Positions 9,788 through 19,304 of a stretch of 64,000 nucleotides of DNA are shown here, one piece after another. The DNA lies in contig JAPYSB010000001.1 in NCBI GenBank assembly GCA_029936675.1, forward strand, positions 50,669 to 114,668. Reading direction: 5' to 3'. A model generated the notes under the pieces. The model had not been told where the DNA came from. It searched no databases and saw only the letters and a list, made by a program, of their open reading frames with translations. The translations under genes were made by a program, and so were the position numbers. Position 1 is the first letter of the stretch, and each line of letters opens with the position of its first letter. Source of the stretch: Dehalococcoidia bacterium. GTDB taxonomy: Bacteria; Chloroflexota; Dehalococcoidia; Lucifugimonadales; UBA826.

Positions 9788-10614
9788 TTATCCCAGCTAA
9801 TAATGCAGGAAACTCTGCCGTCGGAATTTCGCAATTCCAACCCTTCTTCAGTGGGTTTTAAATTCGACTGAAGTGCCATGATTAACTTTTCATCTTTTTC
9901 TGTTCCTTGGTTTACATAAAGTCGCTTACGAAGATCATGCAAGGCATCCTCATCAGATTTATAGGTGTGAGGATCCAAATGATCCAAGACACTCAATTCA
10001 GGTGTTAAACCCATCTGCCACAAAACATCCATTAGTTCCGGAACTCCGGGTAAATGAACTCTTTCCTCTCCACGAACAGCTTCCCAAAGGATTCCAAGAT
10101 GCGCTTGGGGAGACTTCATAAAGGCAACTATAACGACATGTTTGCTGGCATGTTGGGTAACGTTTGTTAAAAATTTTTCTATCTCTTCTATTCCATAGGT
10201 CACATGAGAGCACAGAGCCCCTTCATGAATATCTATGACTGCATCTTCCCAAAGAGCGAAGACAGGGCTCACATTCTCAATTCTCGCCTCGTCACAACCT
10301 TTCTCCAATTCTTCAAGCATGCTTTTTGATGAATCAACGACAGTAATTTTTTCCCTGGATAAAGATAGTGGTAAGGCTAATCGACCAGCCCCCCCACCAA
10401 TATCAATCAAAGTTTTACATCCGGCAAACTCCTCTTCAAGCCTGTCTACTAGAGCATCACCTTTTCGATATGGATCATCCCTGAATTGCTCAGCCATACC
10501 TTTCCAAAAATCCTGATATGGATCGAAGTTTTGTTGAGCAGATATAGATTGGGCGTGGTGTAGCCGAACCTGACTATGCCATCTTTGAACCGCATCTCGG
10601 GGTTCATCTATCAT
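9784..10614 (-). CDS. Class I SAM-dependent methyltransferase
   Basis: Motif I reads LIDIGGGAGRLALPL, followed by an acidic VVDSS. 276 aa. Confidence 0.75.
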   Translation of the reverse strand: MIDEPRDAVQRWHSQVRLHHAQSISAQQNFDPYQDFWKGMAEQFRDDPYRKGDALVDRLEEEFAGCKTLIDIGGGAGRLALPLSLSREKITVVDSSKSMLEELEKGCDEARIENVSPVFALWEDAVIDIHEGALCSHVTYGIEEIEKFLTNVTQHASKHVVIVAFMKSPQAHLGILWEAVRGEERVHLPGVPELMDVLWQMGLTPELSVLDHLDPHTYKSDEDALHDLRKRLYVNQGTEKDEKLIMALQSNLKPTEEGLELRNSDGRVSCIISWDN

Positions 10615-10619
10615 AAAAA

Positions 10620-11576
10620 TTATGCTCTTGTCAGTTTATTAATTCTGCCGCCAATTAACCATTCAGCTACGAAAATATTACCTTCGCTATCTGAAGCTAT
10701 ACCATGGGGGCTGTTGAATTTCCCTGGAACCAGTGTACTGTGGGGAACGTTCGGCCATCCTTCATTGAACTTAAAGGCTCCTGTGTTTTCTCCTAGGTAG
10801 GCAACAGGCTCATCATCCACATCCAGCAACGTTATCCGTGAGCCTCGCAATTCCGCCACAATAAGAAATTCGCCCCAGGCTGCGAAGCCGCTAGGGCTAT
10901 GGAGCCAATCAGCCCCTGCACCTGTACCAAAGGCTCGTAAAAAACGACCTTGGAGTGAGTAAACCTGAATCTGACCATTACTCCGGTCTGCGATATAGAG
11001 TTCATGATTTTGCTTTCTTGTATCTACCCATATCCCATGAGGGGTTGCAAAGCGACCGCCTTCACCTTCAGTCCCATCAATAGTCATAGTATATTCGCCA
11101 GATTTATTATAAAAATGAACGAGACTCGACCCATACCCATCTGCAACAATAATCGCTCCATCACCTCCATCCTTTTCTTCGTACACAGCAACGTCAGTCG
11201 GGGAGTATTTTTCGCCGGAGTTGTACGTCCCAATATCAGGCCTTTCAATTGACATTACATGACTACCATCAACAGAAACTTTTACTACCCGTTCGGACAG
11301 ATTGTCTGCAAGCCACAGGAATTCATTATTCCCTTCTTTCACAAGGGTCATTCCGTGAGCATTTTGAACCCCTGCTTCCCATGAGTTGACTAGTTCTCCA
11401 TCCTGACTGAACACCAGAATCTTAGGTTCACTCTGGTGGAATGTTATGACATTCCCAGTTTTAGGGCTTACTACTATTCCATGATGAGCCCAGCCATCTT
11501 TCACGCTATCAGGGCCCGGTGCCTCAACCCATTTTTCATGCCATGCGTAATTGTGACTTGAATTTCCTACTTGCAT
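10620..11576 (-). CDS. NHL-repeat six-bladed propeller, peptidyl-alpha-hydroxyglycine alpha-amidating lyase (PAL)-like, copy 1
   Basis: Repeated blades carry HG motifs (AHGMTL, PHGIWVD, PHGIASDSEGNIFVAEW). The ORF runs to 11594, but the ATG at 11576 has a GGAGG about 9 nt upstream. No signal peptide. Confidence 0.75.
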   Translation of the reverse strand: MQVGNSSHNYAWHEKWVEAPGPDSVKDGWAHHGIVVSPKTGNVITFHQSEPKILVFSQDGELVNSWEAGVQNAHGMTLVKEGNNEFLWLADNLSERVVKVSVDGSHVMSIERPDIGTYNSGEKYSPTDVAVYEEKDGGDGAIIVADGYGSSLVHFYNKSGEYTMTIDGTEGEGGRFATPHGIWVDTRKQNHELYIADRSNGQIQVYSLQGRFLRAFGTGAGADWLHSPSGFAAWGEFLIVAELRGSRITLLDVDDEPVAYLGENTGAFKFNEGWPNVPHSTLVPGKFNSPHGIASDSEGNIFVAEWLIGGRINKLTRA

Positions 11577-11640
11577 TTTTCGTACCTCCGCCATGATATT
11601 TGAGATAAGTCTGGATTGATAAATTTCGAATGGAATGTAT

Positions 11641-12636
11641 TTAATTTAAAACTAATTTAGTGAACCTACCGCCGATTAACCATTCAGCCACATATATATT
11701 TCCGAATTCGTCCACAGTGATTCCATGGGGACTATTGAACCTCCCTGGGCCCAACCTAGAAGGTCTCTTAATCAGCCCAGATTCAGAAATTTCATTTGGC
11801 CAACCTTCAGATTTCGCAGCTAGTTCGTCTGGAAACAAATACTTTACCAACTTATCCTCTGAATCTAGAATAGCCAGTCGCGCCTCCAGTTCAGCCACTA
11901 CCATCAAATCTCCAGTTATCGCAAATTCACTTGGGGTGGTGAAAAAGTCTTCCCCAAAAGTCCTCAAATAGTCTCCATTTAAGCTGAATACCTGAACCCT
12001 TCCATTGGCTCTGTCGGCAACATAAAGTTCGGGATTGAGTTTTCTACGATCGATCACTATACCGTGAGGGCAACTGAAATGCCCTGAACCACCAGACCCA
12101 TCTATCGATAAAATATATTCACCATGGACATTAAATTTATGCACCAGGCTGGCACCATAACCATCGGCTACCCAAATGTCCCCTGAGCCACCAAATCGTA
12201 GTTCGTCAACTGCTATTGAAGTAGGTGCATACCTATTCTCCTGATAATCATTATGGCTGGGCCCAGGCAGGTTTAAGAGCAAATTACCTTCCAAATCATA
12301 TTTATGGACTATCCCCGATTTATTATCTACCCCAGGTGGATATTCGTAGGAAAACTCTGGCAACCTTTTGGAACCGTTGTCGGCAATCCATAAATAGTCC
12401 TTTCCCCCCTCATTTACCACTGTAATCCCATGTGCATCTGTGAAATCCCCAGACCAAGAATGAATCAACTCACCTTTCTGGCTGTAGATTAGTATTTCTG
12501 AACTTCCACTATCACATGAAACTATACGACCATCCGATGTAGTAGCCATTCCTGGGTGCGCCCAACCAGATAGCGACTTTTGCGTCTGATCACGCCCACC
12601 CCAATTCTCCAACCAACCGTAATTTGGAGTATTCAT
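11641..12636 (-). CDS. NHL-repeat propeller, PAL-like, copy 2 (tandem paralog)
   Basis: Colinear with copy 1 (AHGITVV, PHGIVIDRR, PHGITVDEFGNIYVAEWLIGGR). The ATG at 12636 is preceded by a GGAGG 8 nt upstream, so the ORF-track start at 12687 is unlikely. Confidence 0.75.
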   Translation of the reverse strand: MNTPNYGWLENWGGRDQTQKSLSGWAHPGMATTSDGRIVSCDSGSSEILIYSQKGELIHSWSGDFTDAHGITVVNEGGKDYLWIADNGSKRLPEFSYEYPPGVDNKSGIVHKYDLEGNLLLNLPGPSHNDYQENRYAPTSIAVDELRFGGSGDIWVADGYGASLVHKFNVHGEYILSIDGSGGSGHFSCPHGIVIDRRKLNPELYVADRANGRVQVFSLNGDYLRTFGEDFFTTPSEFAITGDLMVVAELEARLAILDSEDKLVKYLFPDELAAKSEGWPNEISESGLIKRPSRLGPGRFNSPHGITVDEFGNIYVAEWLIGGRFTKLVLN

Positions 12637-12692
12637 CACATTTCCTCCGGTGCCGGAGTGGGCTGAAAATAGATACCCAGCCCACAATCTCT

Positions 12693-13844
12693 TTAAGGGT
12701 GAAGAATTACTTTGGTGTAACCATCCACTCTTTGATCAAATTTCGTGTAGGCGTCTGGGGCCTCATCAATAGAAACCTCATGAGAAACCACGAAACTGGG
12801 ACTAGCCTTTTCAGCAATAATCAAATCTCTTAGATATGCGTTATATTTCTTAACGTTGCATTGGCCGGTGCCCAAACGCAATCCTTTTTCAAACAACTTG
12901 CCAAAATTTAACAGTAAAGCCCCCGATTTAGCTGATTCGTTCACTCCTCCAGGATCAGAAGGCACGTACAATCCCGGTATTCCCATCATTCCCGTGGGTT
13001 TGACTACATCAATCATTTGGTTCAAAACTACGTTGGGAACCTCCTCCTGCTCTCCACCAGCAGCGGAGGACCCTTGGGCAGCAGCTTGATATCCAACAGC
13101 GTCTATTCCCTTATCAACTCCCGTGTCATTCCTTATGTCTCTAATCTGTTCAACAGGATTACCATCATCGAAGTTGATTGGAATCGCACCAATACTAGCT
13201 GCTTTATCCAACCTCTCTTGAACGTGATCGATGCAATACACTTCAGCTGCACCTCTAATCACTGAACTATAGGCGGCCATCAATCCCACAGGACCCGCAC
13301 CAAAAACAGCCACACTCTCACCAGGACTCACATCCGCAAGTTCTGCCCCGTGATATCCCGTAGGAAATATATCAGCCAACAAGGAAAAGTCAGCCTCAAA
13401 CTGATCTCCCTTTGGAAGAGGCAAACAGTTAAAGTCAGCGAAAGGTACCTGCATATACTCAGCCTGTCCTCCAACCCACGGTCCCATGGCCACATAACCG
13501 TATGCACCACCTGCAAATCCAGGGTTTACCGTGGTGCAAAACCCCGTATAACCTCTCTGACAGTTTTTGCAAAACCCACAGGCAACATTGAAAGGCATCA
13601 CGACTCTATCACCAACCGATAGATTTTTAACTGCAGAGCCTGTTTCTTCGATAACTCCCATGTTTTCATGACCAAATACGATGCCAGGCTCAGCGGCTGT
13701 ACGCCCTTCATACATATGCAGATCGGAACCACAAATACAACTTGATGTGATTTTTACAATAACATCATTAGGATGCTTTATTTTGGGGTCATCAACAGTT
13801 TCTACGGCGACCTCAAATGGTTTTTTATAAACAACGGCCTTCAC
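12693..13844 (-). CDS. fdhA: Zn-dependent alcohol dehydrogenase, glutathione-independent formaldehyde dehydrogenase type
   Basis: Close colinear resemblance to Pseudomonas putida FdhA: CICGSDLHMYEGRT, FGHENMG, PFNVACGFCKNCQRGYTGFCTTVNPGFAGGAYGY, GGQAEY, IFPTGYHGA, GIPGLYV. GTG start with an AAGGAGG site 8 nt upstream. Confidence 0.8.
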   Translation of the reverse strand: MKAVVYKKPFEVAVETVDDPKIKHPNDVIVKITSSCICGSDLHMYEGRTAAEPGIVFGHENMGVIEETGSAVKNLSVGDRVVMPFNVACGFCKNCQRGYTGFCTTVNPGFAGGAYGYVAMGPWVGGQAEYMQVPFADFNCLPLPKGDQFEADFSLLADIFPTGYHGAELADVSPGESVAVFGAGPVGLMAAYSSVIRGAAEVYCIDHVQERLDKAASIGAIPINFDDGNPVEQIRDIRNDTGVDKGIDAVGYQAAAQGSSAAGGEQEEVPNVVLNQMIDVVKPTGMMGIPGLYVPSDPGGVNESAKSGALLLNFGKLFEKGLRLGTGQCNVKKYNAYLRDLIIAEKASPSFVVSHEVSIDEAPDAYTKFDQRVDGYTKVILHP

Positions 13845-14032
13845 TGTGCTCCACCTCCTTGTTTTATGTGACTAATCTACTCGGAACAGCGCACATACTA
13901 TTATTAATACAGCCCTCTGACAAATCGTTATATGTAATAAGGCATAAGGAAATATATTTTAATCTCTTTATTGAAGTTTTGAGGTGTTAATATTCGTTTA
14001 AATAAAACTACTTTTAAGTCGGCGGTAATGAA

Positions 14033-15031
14033 ATGAATTATTTGAAAACCATCGGATTTAATTCAAATCAACCCATAGGCCGTGGATTCAATTATCCATA
14101 CGATATAGCTTTTAGTGGAGATAACAGGATATTTGTTCTAAACCGAATGGGAGGGCATAATTCGTCTGGTATAAGAATTCAAATATGTACCTACGATGAA
14201 GATTGGCTGGGTGAATTTGCCTCAGGTCCCGGGAAAGGGGATAGTCAGTTTGTGATACCAGTCTGTATGTCATTCAATAGCAAAGATGTGCTTTATGTGA
14301 CTGATGAATCACTCAATGACGTCAAGGTATTTGATAACCAAGGTAACTACATCGACAAGTGGACTACAAATACTAATGGCCCTCAGAAATTTGCAGGGCC
14401 TAGTGGTGTTGTGCACGGCTCGGATGACTCTGTTTATTTGGTTGAGCAATACGCAAATAAAATAAGCAAGTTCACCGAGGACGGTCGATTCCTCTTCTCA
14501 TGGGGTTCAGAAGGCGACGGTGATGGCAAATTTAATTTACCTTGGGGAATTTCTATAGATGTGGAAGGGCACCTCTTTGTCGCAGACTGGGGTAACGACA
14601 GGATTCAGAAATTCACTGCCGATGGGGAATTCATTTCCACATACGGTGAGTCAGGGTATGGGGATGGGCAATTTAACAAACCCAGCTCAGTTGCAATTGA
14701 TAGCAGAGGATTTATCCACGTAGCCGACTGGGGCAATGAAAGAGTACAAGTATTAGACCCTGACGGTGAATTTCACCAGTTGCTCAAAGGTGAAGCGACT
14801 CTGTCAAAATGGGCAGAAGAATGGCTTGAAGTCAATCTAGATGAATATGACTTGAGAAAAGAGTCAAATCTGTTGGTCAAGGAACTACCTAAACACCTTC
14901 AAACCCCTTACCACAGAGCATCTCAATCAGAGCCTATATTCTGGGGGCCAGTTTCCGTGAAAATAGATTCAGAAGACCGACTATACGTGACTGAACACAG
15001 TAGACATCGCATCCAAGTATATCAACAATAA
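14033..15031 (+). CDS. NHL-repeat beta-propeller protein (module copy A)
   Basis: Repeated blades of the form G.G.GQF..P.G(V/I)A.D..G..(Y/F)VAD..N.R(I/V)Q. About half the residues look identical by eye to the ORF at 59457-60479. No signal peptide. Confidence 0.8.
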   Translation: MNYLKTIGFNSNQPIGRGFNYPYDIAFSGDNRIFVLNRMGGHNSSGIRIQICTYDEDWLGEFASGPGKGDSQFVIPVCMSFNSKDVLYVTDESLNDVKVFDNQGNYIDKWTTNTNGPQKFAGPSGVVHGSDDSVYLVEQYANKISKFTEDGRFLFSWGSEGDGDGKFNLPWGISIDVEGHLFVADWGNDRIQKFTADGEFISTYGESGYGDGQFNKPSSVAIDSRGFIHVADWGNERVQVLDPDGEFHQLLKGEATLSKWAEEWLEVNLDEYDLRKESNLLVKELPKHLQTPYHRASQSEPIFWGPVSVKIDSEDRLYVTEHSRHRIQVYQQ

Positions 15032-15075
15032 TTATCAATAAGTAAATACACGGTAAAAGAAAATAAGAGGCAAGA

Positions 15076-16494
15076 ATGGGATCACCAAACAGGGTGTTAG
15101 CAGCGCATTTGGCCAGAAGGGCCGGATTTGGAACCACTCCTGAAGAGCTAGATAGCTACAGTGAGATGAAATATGAAGATTTGGTTGAACATCTAATAAC
15201 AAAGGTAGATTCGTCCCATATATCGGACCACCTGATTTTTAGAAGACACGTTGATCTCCATACCATGCAGGGACATAACGCCGTCTATTGGGGTTATAGG
15301 ATGATTTCAACTGACAATCCTTTCGTTGAAAAAATGGCTTTGTTCTGGCATGAGGTTTTCGCAACAGCTGAAAATAAATTGAACAATATCGGCTCATTAA
15401 CAAACCAAATTGATATGTTTAGGAGGCATGGTATTGGTAAATACGACGATCTTTTGATCGAGCTGTCAAAAGATCCTGCAATGCTTATCTGGCTTGACAA
15501 CCACACCAACCACAAAGATTCGATCAACGAGAACTATGGCAGAGAAATCTTAGAACTTTTCTCTATGGGGGTAGGAAACTACACAGAGGATGATATCAAA
15601 GACTGTGCAAGAGCTTTTACTGGATGGACCGTGAAGAACGGGGAATATCTGTCCATGATGGCAGTTAAAGACTCCATATGGCCATACGGGAGAATCTTAT
15701 GGCACCACGAATATAGAGGTATTGACCATGATCCTGGTGAGAAAAACTTTTTAGGTGAAACCTCAAATTTCAATGGTGACGGTGTAATAGATGTGATCTG
15801 CAGACAACGAGCCACTGCGAATTTCGTCGCTAGGCATTTATATAATTTCTTCGTTGCAGACGAGGTACCAGTACCGCAGTGGTCCAGCATTCCGCCAAGA
15901 GATCCTGAAGCAATAAATATCCTTGCAGATACATACATGGGTTCCGACCACGATATAAGGTCCGTGATGAGGGTATTATTTAAGTCTGATTTCTTCAAAG
16001 ACTCTAAATTCAAAAGGGTTAAAAGCCCTACTGAATTGATTATTGGAATTCTCAGAAATACCAGAGAATACCAGATACCAGATGGAGGAGAAATAGGTAT
16101 TTACGACATAGGGGAAGAGTCAGGTTATATGGGTCAGAAATTGCTGGACCCACCTTCAGTTGAAGGTTGGCATACGGGAGAAGAATGGATCACTAGTGGT
16201 TCTTTAGTCGACCGGGTCAATTTCGCTACCAGCCATATTGGAAATGATTCCAATCCAGGAGTTAAAAACCTCATAGAAAGAGTAGGTTTAGAAGATAAGC
16301 AACCCTGCAAGTTAGTAGATGGCTGTTTGGAGGCTCTTGGTTGTGTTGAGATTGAAATAGACACTTATCAAAAATTAGAGGAAGTGGCAGCCACTAGATT
16401 AAAGGAATCTGATTCTTCTGAAGGGGCCTCTTCCAATTTAATTATCGAACTATTTAAATTAATAGTCTCGAGCCGAGAATACCAGCGGTGTTAG
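15076..16494 (+). CDS. DUF1800 family protein (module copy A)
   Basis: The N-terminal HLARRAGFG motif, the FWH..FAT segment, and LDN..N.K...NENYGRE.LELFS.G.GNYTE.D are characteristic of DUF1800. It is a paralog of the ORF at 60506-61927. Confidence 0.8.
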   Translation: MGSPNRVLAAHLARRAGFGTTPEELDSYSEMKYEDLVEHLITKVDSSHISDHLIFRRHVDLHTMQGHNAVYWGYRMISTDNPFVEKMALFWHEVFATAENKLNNIGSLTNQIDMFRRHGIGKYDDLLIELSKDPAMLIWLDNHTNHKDSINENYGREILELFSMGVGNYTEDDIKDCARAFTGWTVKNGEYLSMMAVKDSIWPYGRILWHHEYRGIDHDPGEKNFLGETSNFNGDGVIDVICRQRATANFVARHLYNFFVADEVPVPQWSSIPPRDPEAINILADTYMGSDHDIRSVMRVLFKSDFFKDSKFKRVKSPTELIIGILRNTREYQIPDGGEIGIYDIGEESGYMGQKLLDPPSVEGWHTGEEWITSGSLVDRVNFATSHIGNDSNPGVKNLIERVGLEDKQPCKLVDGCLEALGCVEIEIDTYQKLEEVAATRLKESDSSEGASSNLIIELFKLIVSSREYQRC

Positions 16495-16509
16495 GGAAGA
16501 ATCAAATAA

Positions 16510-17553
16510 TTAAAAAAGATTGAAAACTTGATTTTCTTGTTGGAGGACTTGAACAAAGGTAGCGCACTTAGGCATGTCTTTTATTTTGGTCGCCCCGATA
16601 TAAGTACAGGCTGACCTAACCCCACCGATTATTTCAGTCAGAGTATCTTCTACAGTTCCTTTATATGGGATTCTTATATCCTTTCCTTCTGCCCCTCTAT
16701 ATCCATCCTTGCGTGCGCCATGGATTTCCATGGCCCTGTCAGAACTCATTCCGTAGAATTCCATCTTCCCATCCAAGATATCAACCTCAGATTCTTCATG
16801 ACCTGCCAGCATCCCTCCCAACATAACAAAATCAGAGCCAGCACCAAAGGCCTTGGCAACATCTCCTGGGTATACACAACCGCCATCTGCTATTACCTGC
16901 CCACCAACACCGTGGGCAGCATCTGCACATTCAATGATCCCAGAAAATTGTGGGATACCAACTCCAGTCATTAAACGGGTAGTACACACTGAGCCTGGGC
17001 CTATACCACATTTGACTATGTCGGCACCCCTCAGAATAAGTTCTTCTGTCATCTCTGCTGTAATCACGTTACCCGCAATTATGGTTTGTTCCGGAAATTC
17101 TTCCCTCATTTGTGCAACAAAATCCACAAAATTTTCGTGATACCCGTTAGCTACATCGATAGTTATAAACGGAATTTCTGGATATTTTTCCAAAACAACC
17201 TTGAGGGTTAAGAAGTCGAGAGCATCCTCATCCCAAATTCTGTTGGTCCCAGTACAAATAGATACGTAATTTAGATCTAGTCCGCTGGCAACCGCATTAT
17301 CCCAGTCCTCTGACTCGTAATGTTTTCTTAGAACGGTCAACATTTTGTAATTCTGGAGAACTTTGGCCATCGAAAAAGTACCAACACCATCCATACTGGA
17401 AGCGATGATTGGAATACCTGTAAATTCTTTACCGGAATTTAAAAACTTAAACCCTCGTTCCATATCAACATCTTTTCTAGATGTTAGTTTGGAACGTTTA
17501 GGTTTTAATAAAACATCCTTGTAATCAAGCTTTAAATCGGATTCTATTCTCAT
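16510..17553 (-). CDS. guaC: GMP reductase
   Basis: 347 aa, near-colinear with E. coli GuaC: [86 protein letters not shown]. Confidence 0.95.
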   Translation of the reverse strand: MRIESDLKLDYKDVLLKPKRSKLTSRKDVDMERGFKFLNSGKEFTGIPIIASSMDGVGTFSMAKVLQNYKMLTVLRKHYESEDWDNAVASGLDLNYVSICTGTNRIWDEDALDFLTLKVVLEKYPEIPFITIDVANGYHENFVDFVAQMREEFPEQTIIAGNVITAEMTEELILRGADIVKCGIGPGSVCTTRLMTGVGIPQFSGIIECADAAHGVGGQVIADGGCVYPGDVAKAFGAGSDFVMLGGMLAGHEESEVDILDGKMEFYGMSSDRAMEIHGARKDGYRGAEGKDIRIPYKGTVEDTLTEIIGGVRSACTYIGATKIKDMPKCATFVQVLQQENQVFNLF

Positions 17554-17581
17554 TAGTTATCACCGTTGATCCATATGTATG

Positions 17582-17599
17582 ACTGCAAGCCTTTGCAGT
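17582..17599. promoter_or_regulatory. Perfect inverted repeat ACTGCAA-gcct-TTGCAGT, 29-46 nt upstream of the guaC start
   Basis: Read directly from the sequence. Its position in the guaC 5' region suggests either an operator or a 5'-UTR hairpin. Confidence 0.3.
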
Positions 17600-17738
17600 A
17601 ACTCGACAATCAATTCTAACCATACGACCGAATGAATAATAGGTCCGTTATTTTATCGATGATGGTGTTACAAGTTGTATGGTTTGAAAAACCACTATAA
17701 AGTTCGCGAATCTACAGCATCATAAGGATCATCCAACT

Positions 17739-19304
17739 ATGGTTTGGCAAAACGAGATAAATGAACTCAACAAAAGACTAGAAATGGCCCAAGGAATGGG
17801 TGGGCAAGAAGGGATAGATAGGCAGCATTCTAACGGTAAACTAACTGTCCGCGAACGTGTACAAGCTATTTCTGATCCTGGAACTTTTAAAGAACTGTCG
17901 GCGTTAGCAGGCAGCGCTCGATACAAAGACAACGAATTGGTAGATTTCACCCCATACCCTAGAGTGATAGGCACAGCACATCTTGGTGGTATGCGAGTGA
18001 TGTTGGATGGTGGGGATTTCACTGTTCGGGGCGGGGCAGGGGAGAGAGGCACTGGCAGTCAACCAAGTTCACTGAAATATGCCTTGCAATGGCGTATTCC
18101 GTTAGTTCGTTTACTTGATGCGGTAGGTGGCAGCGTAAGGACGTTTGAGCAAATTGGTAGGACATATTTACCAGATGGAGGTGGGACTTCTAAAGCTGCT
18201 GATTTATTAAATGAAGTACCTGTCGTCTCCGCTGTATTGGGATCCGTAGCTGGATTACCTGCAATTGAAGCATGTCTTTGTCATTTCAGTGTCATGGTCA
18301 AAGATACGAGTCAAGTTTTCGCAGGAGGACCCCCTGTGGTAAAAGCAGCCTTGGGCTACGACGTTACTAAAGAGGATTTAGGAGATCACAACAGCCAAGT
18401 TTTCAAGACTGGGGTAATCGACAACCTAGCTGAATCAGAAGAAGAGGCCTTCAAGATGATTCGTCAGTTTCTCAGCTACCTGCCCTCTAGCGTCTGGAAA
18501 AAACCACGGCGCGTACACACTCATGATGACCCAGCTAGGAAAGAAGATGGGCTTCTGTCAGTTATTCCTCGAAGAAGCAAAAGAAAATATGACCCTTATA
18601 AGATATTGGAATATGTAATGGACCACGATTCATTTTTTGAGATTGCCCCGTTTTACGGCCAATCCAAAATAACCGGTCTAGCAAGAGTAAATGGGTATCC
18701 TGTGGGAGTACTAATGAATAACCCGAATCAATTAGGTGGATCCACTGACGTCGCCTCCGGGGAAAAAACCATAAGATTGGTAAGCCTTTGTGAAACGTTC
18801 CATTTGCCAATTGTTTCGTTTGTGGATGAACCAGGTTTCATGGTGGGACTGGATGCCCAAAATCAAGGAATAGTCAGGGCCGGAGCAAGATTAGTAATTG
18901 CAAATGCTCGAAGCCAGACACCATGGATAAGCTTTTATATACGACAAGCATATGGTGTCGCTGGGCAGACAAACCATCGCCCTACAGGAATGTATCACAG
19001 ATATGCATGGCCTTCGGCAAAATGGGGTTCAATGCACATTGAGGGAGGGGTATCCGCAGCTTATCGAAGAGAAATAGCTGCCTCTGAAAACCCGGAACAG
19101 AAAAGGCTGGAAATTGAAGCACGTCTTCAAGCAATGGCATCTCCGTTCAGAACCGCTGAGGACACAGGGGGAGAAAGCAGTTCACACGGGATTGACATAA
19201 TAGACCCTAGAAATACGAGACCTCTATTGTGTGATTTCATTGACATGGCACAAGATATGTTAGATACCCAATTGGGTCCTCCTACTTCTCCTTATATTCC
19301 TTAG
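17739..19304 (+). CDS. Acyl-CoA carboxylase carboxyltransferase (beta) subunit, propionyl-CoA / methylmalonyl-CoA carboxyltransferase family
   Basis: 521 aa. It has the typical N-terminus (GGQEGIDRQHSNGKLTVRERV..L.DPGTF.E) and two crotonase-like CT halves (GSVAG..A; FVDEPGFMVG). No biotin carboxylase or BCCP gene is adjacent. Confidence 0.85.
   Translation: MVWQNEINELNKRLEMAQGMGGQEGIDRQHSNGKLTVRERVQAISDPGTFKELSALAGSARYKDNELVDFTPYPRVIGTAHLGGMRVMLDGGDFTVRGGAGERGTGSQPSSLKYALQWRIPLVRLLDAVGGSVRTFEQIGRTYLPDGGGTSKAADLLNEVPVVSAVLGSVAGLPAIEACLCHFSVMVKDTSQVFAGGPPVVKAALGYDVTKEDLGDHNSQVFKTGVIDNLAESEEEAFKMIRQFLSYLPSSVWKKPRRVHTHDDPARKEDGLLSVIPRRSKRKYDPYKILEYVMDHDSFFEIAPFYGQSKITGLARVNGYPVGVLMNNPNQLGGSTDVASGEKTIRLVSLCETFHLPIVSFVDEPGFMVGLDAQNQGIVRAGARLVIANARSQTPWISFYIRQAYGVAGQTNHRPTGMYHRYAWPSAKWGSMHIEGGVSAAYRREIAASENPEQKRLEIEARLQAMASPFRTAEDTGGESSSHGIDIIDPRNTRPLLCDFIDMAQDMLDTQLGPPTSPYIP

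Noticed and set aside
17554-17738. Purine riboswitch upstream of guaC
   Set aside because: Reading the minus strand, I could not find the conserved three-way-junction core (the J1-2 UAUAAU context with paired P2/P3 loops). Only the short palindrome reported separately stands out.
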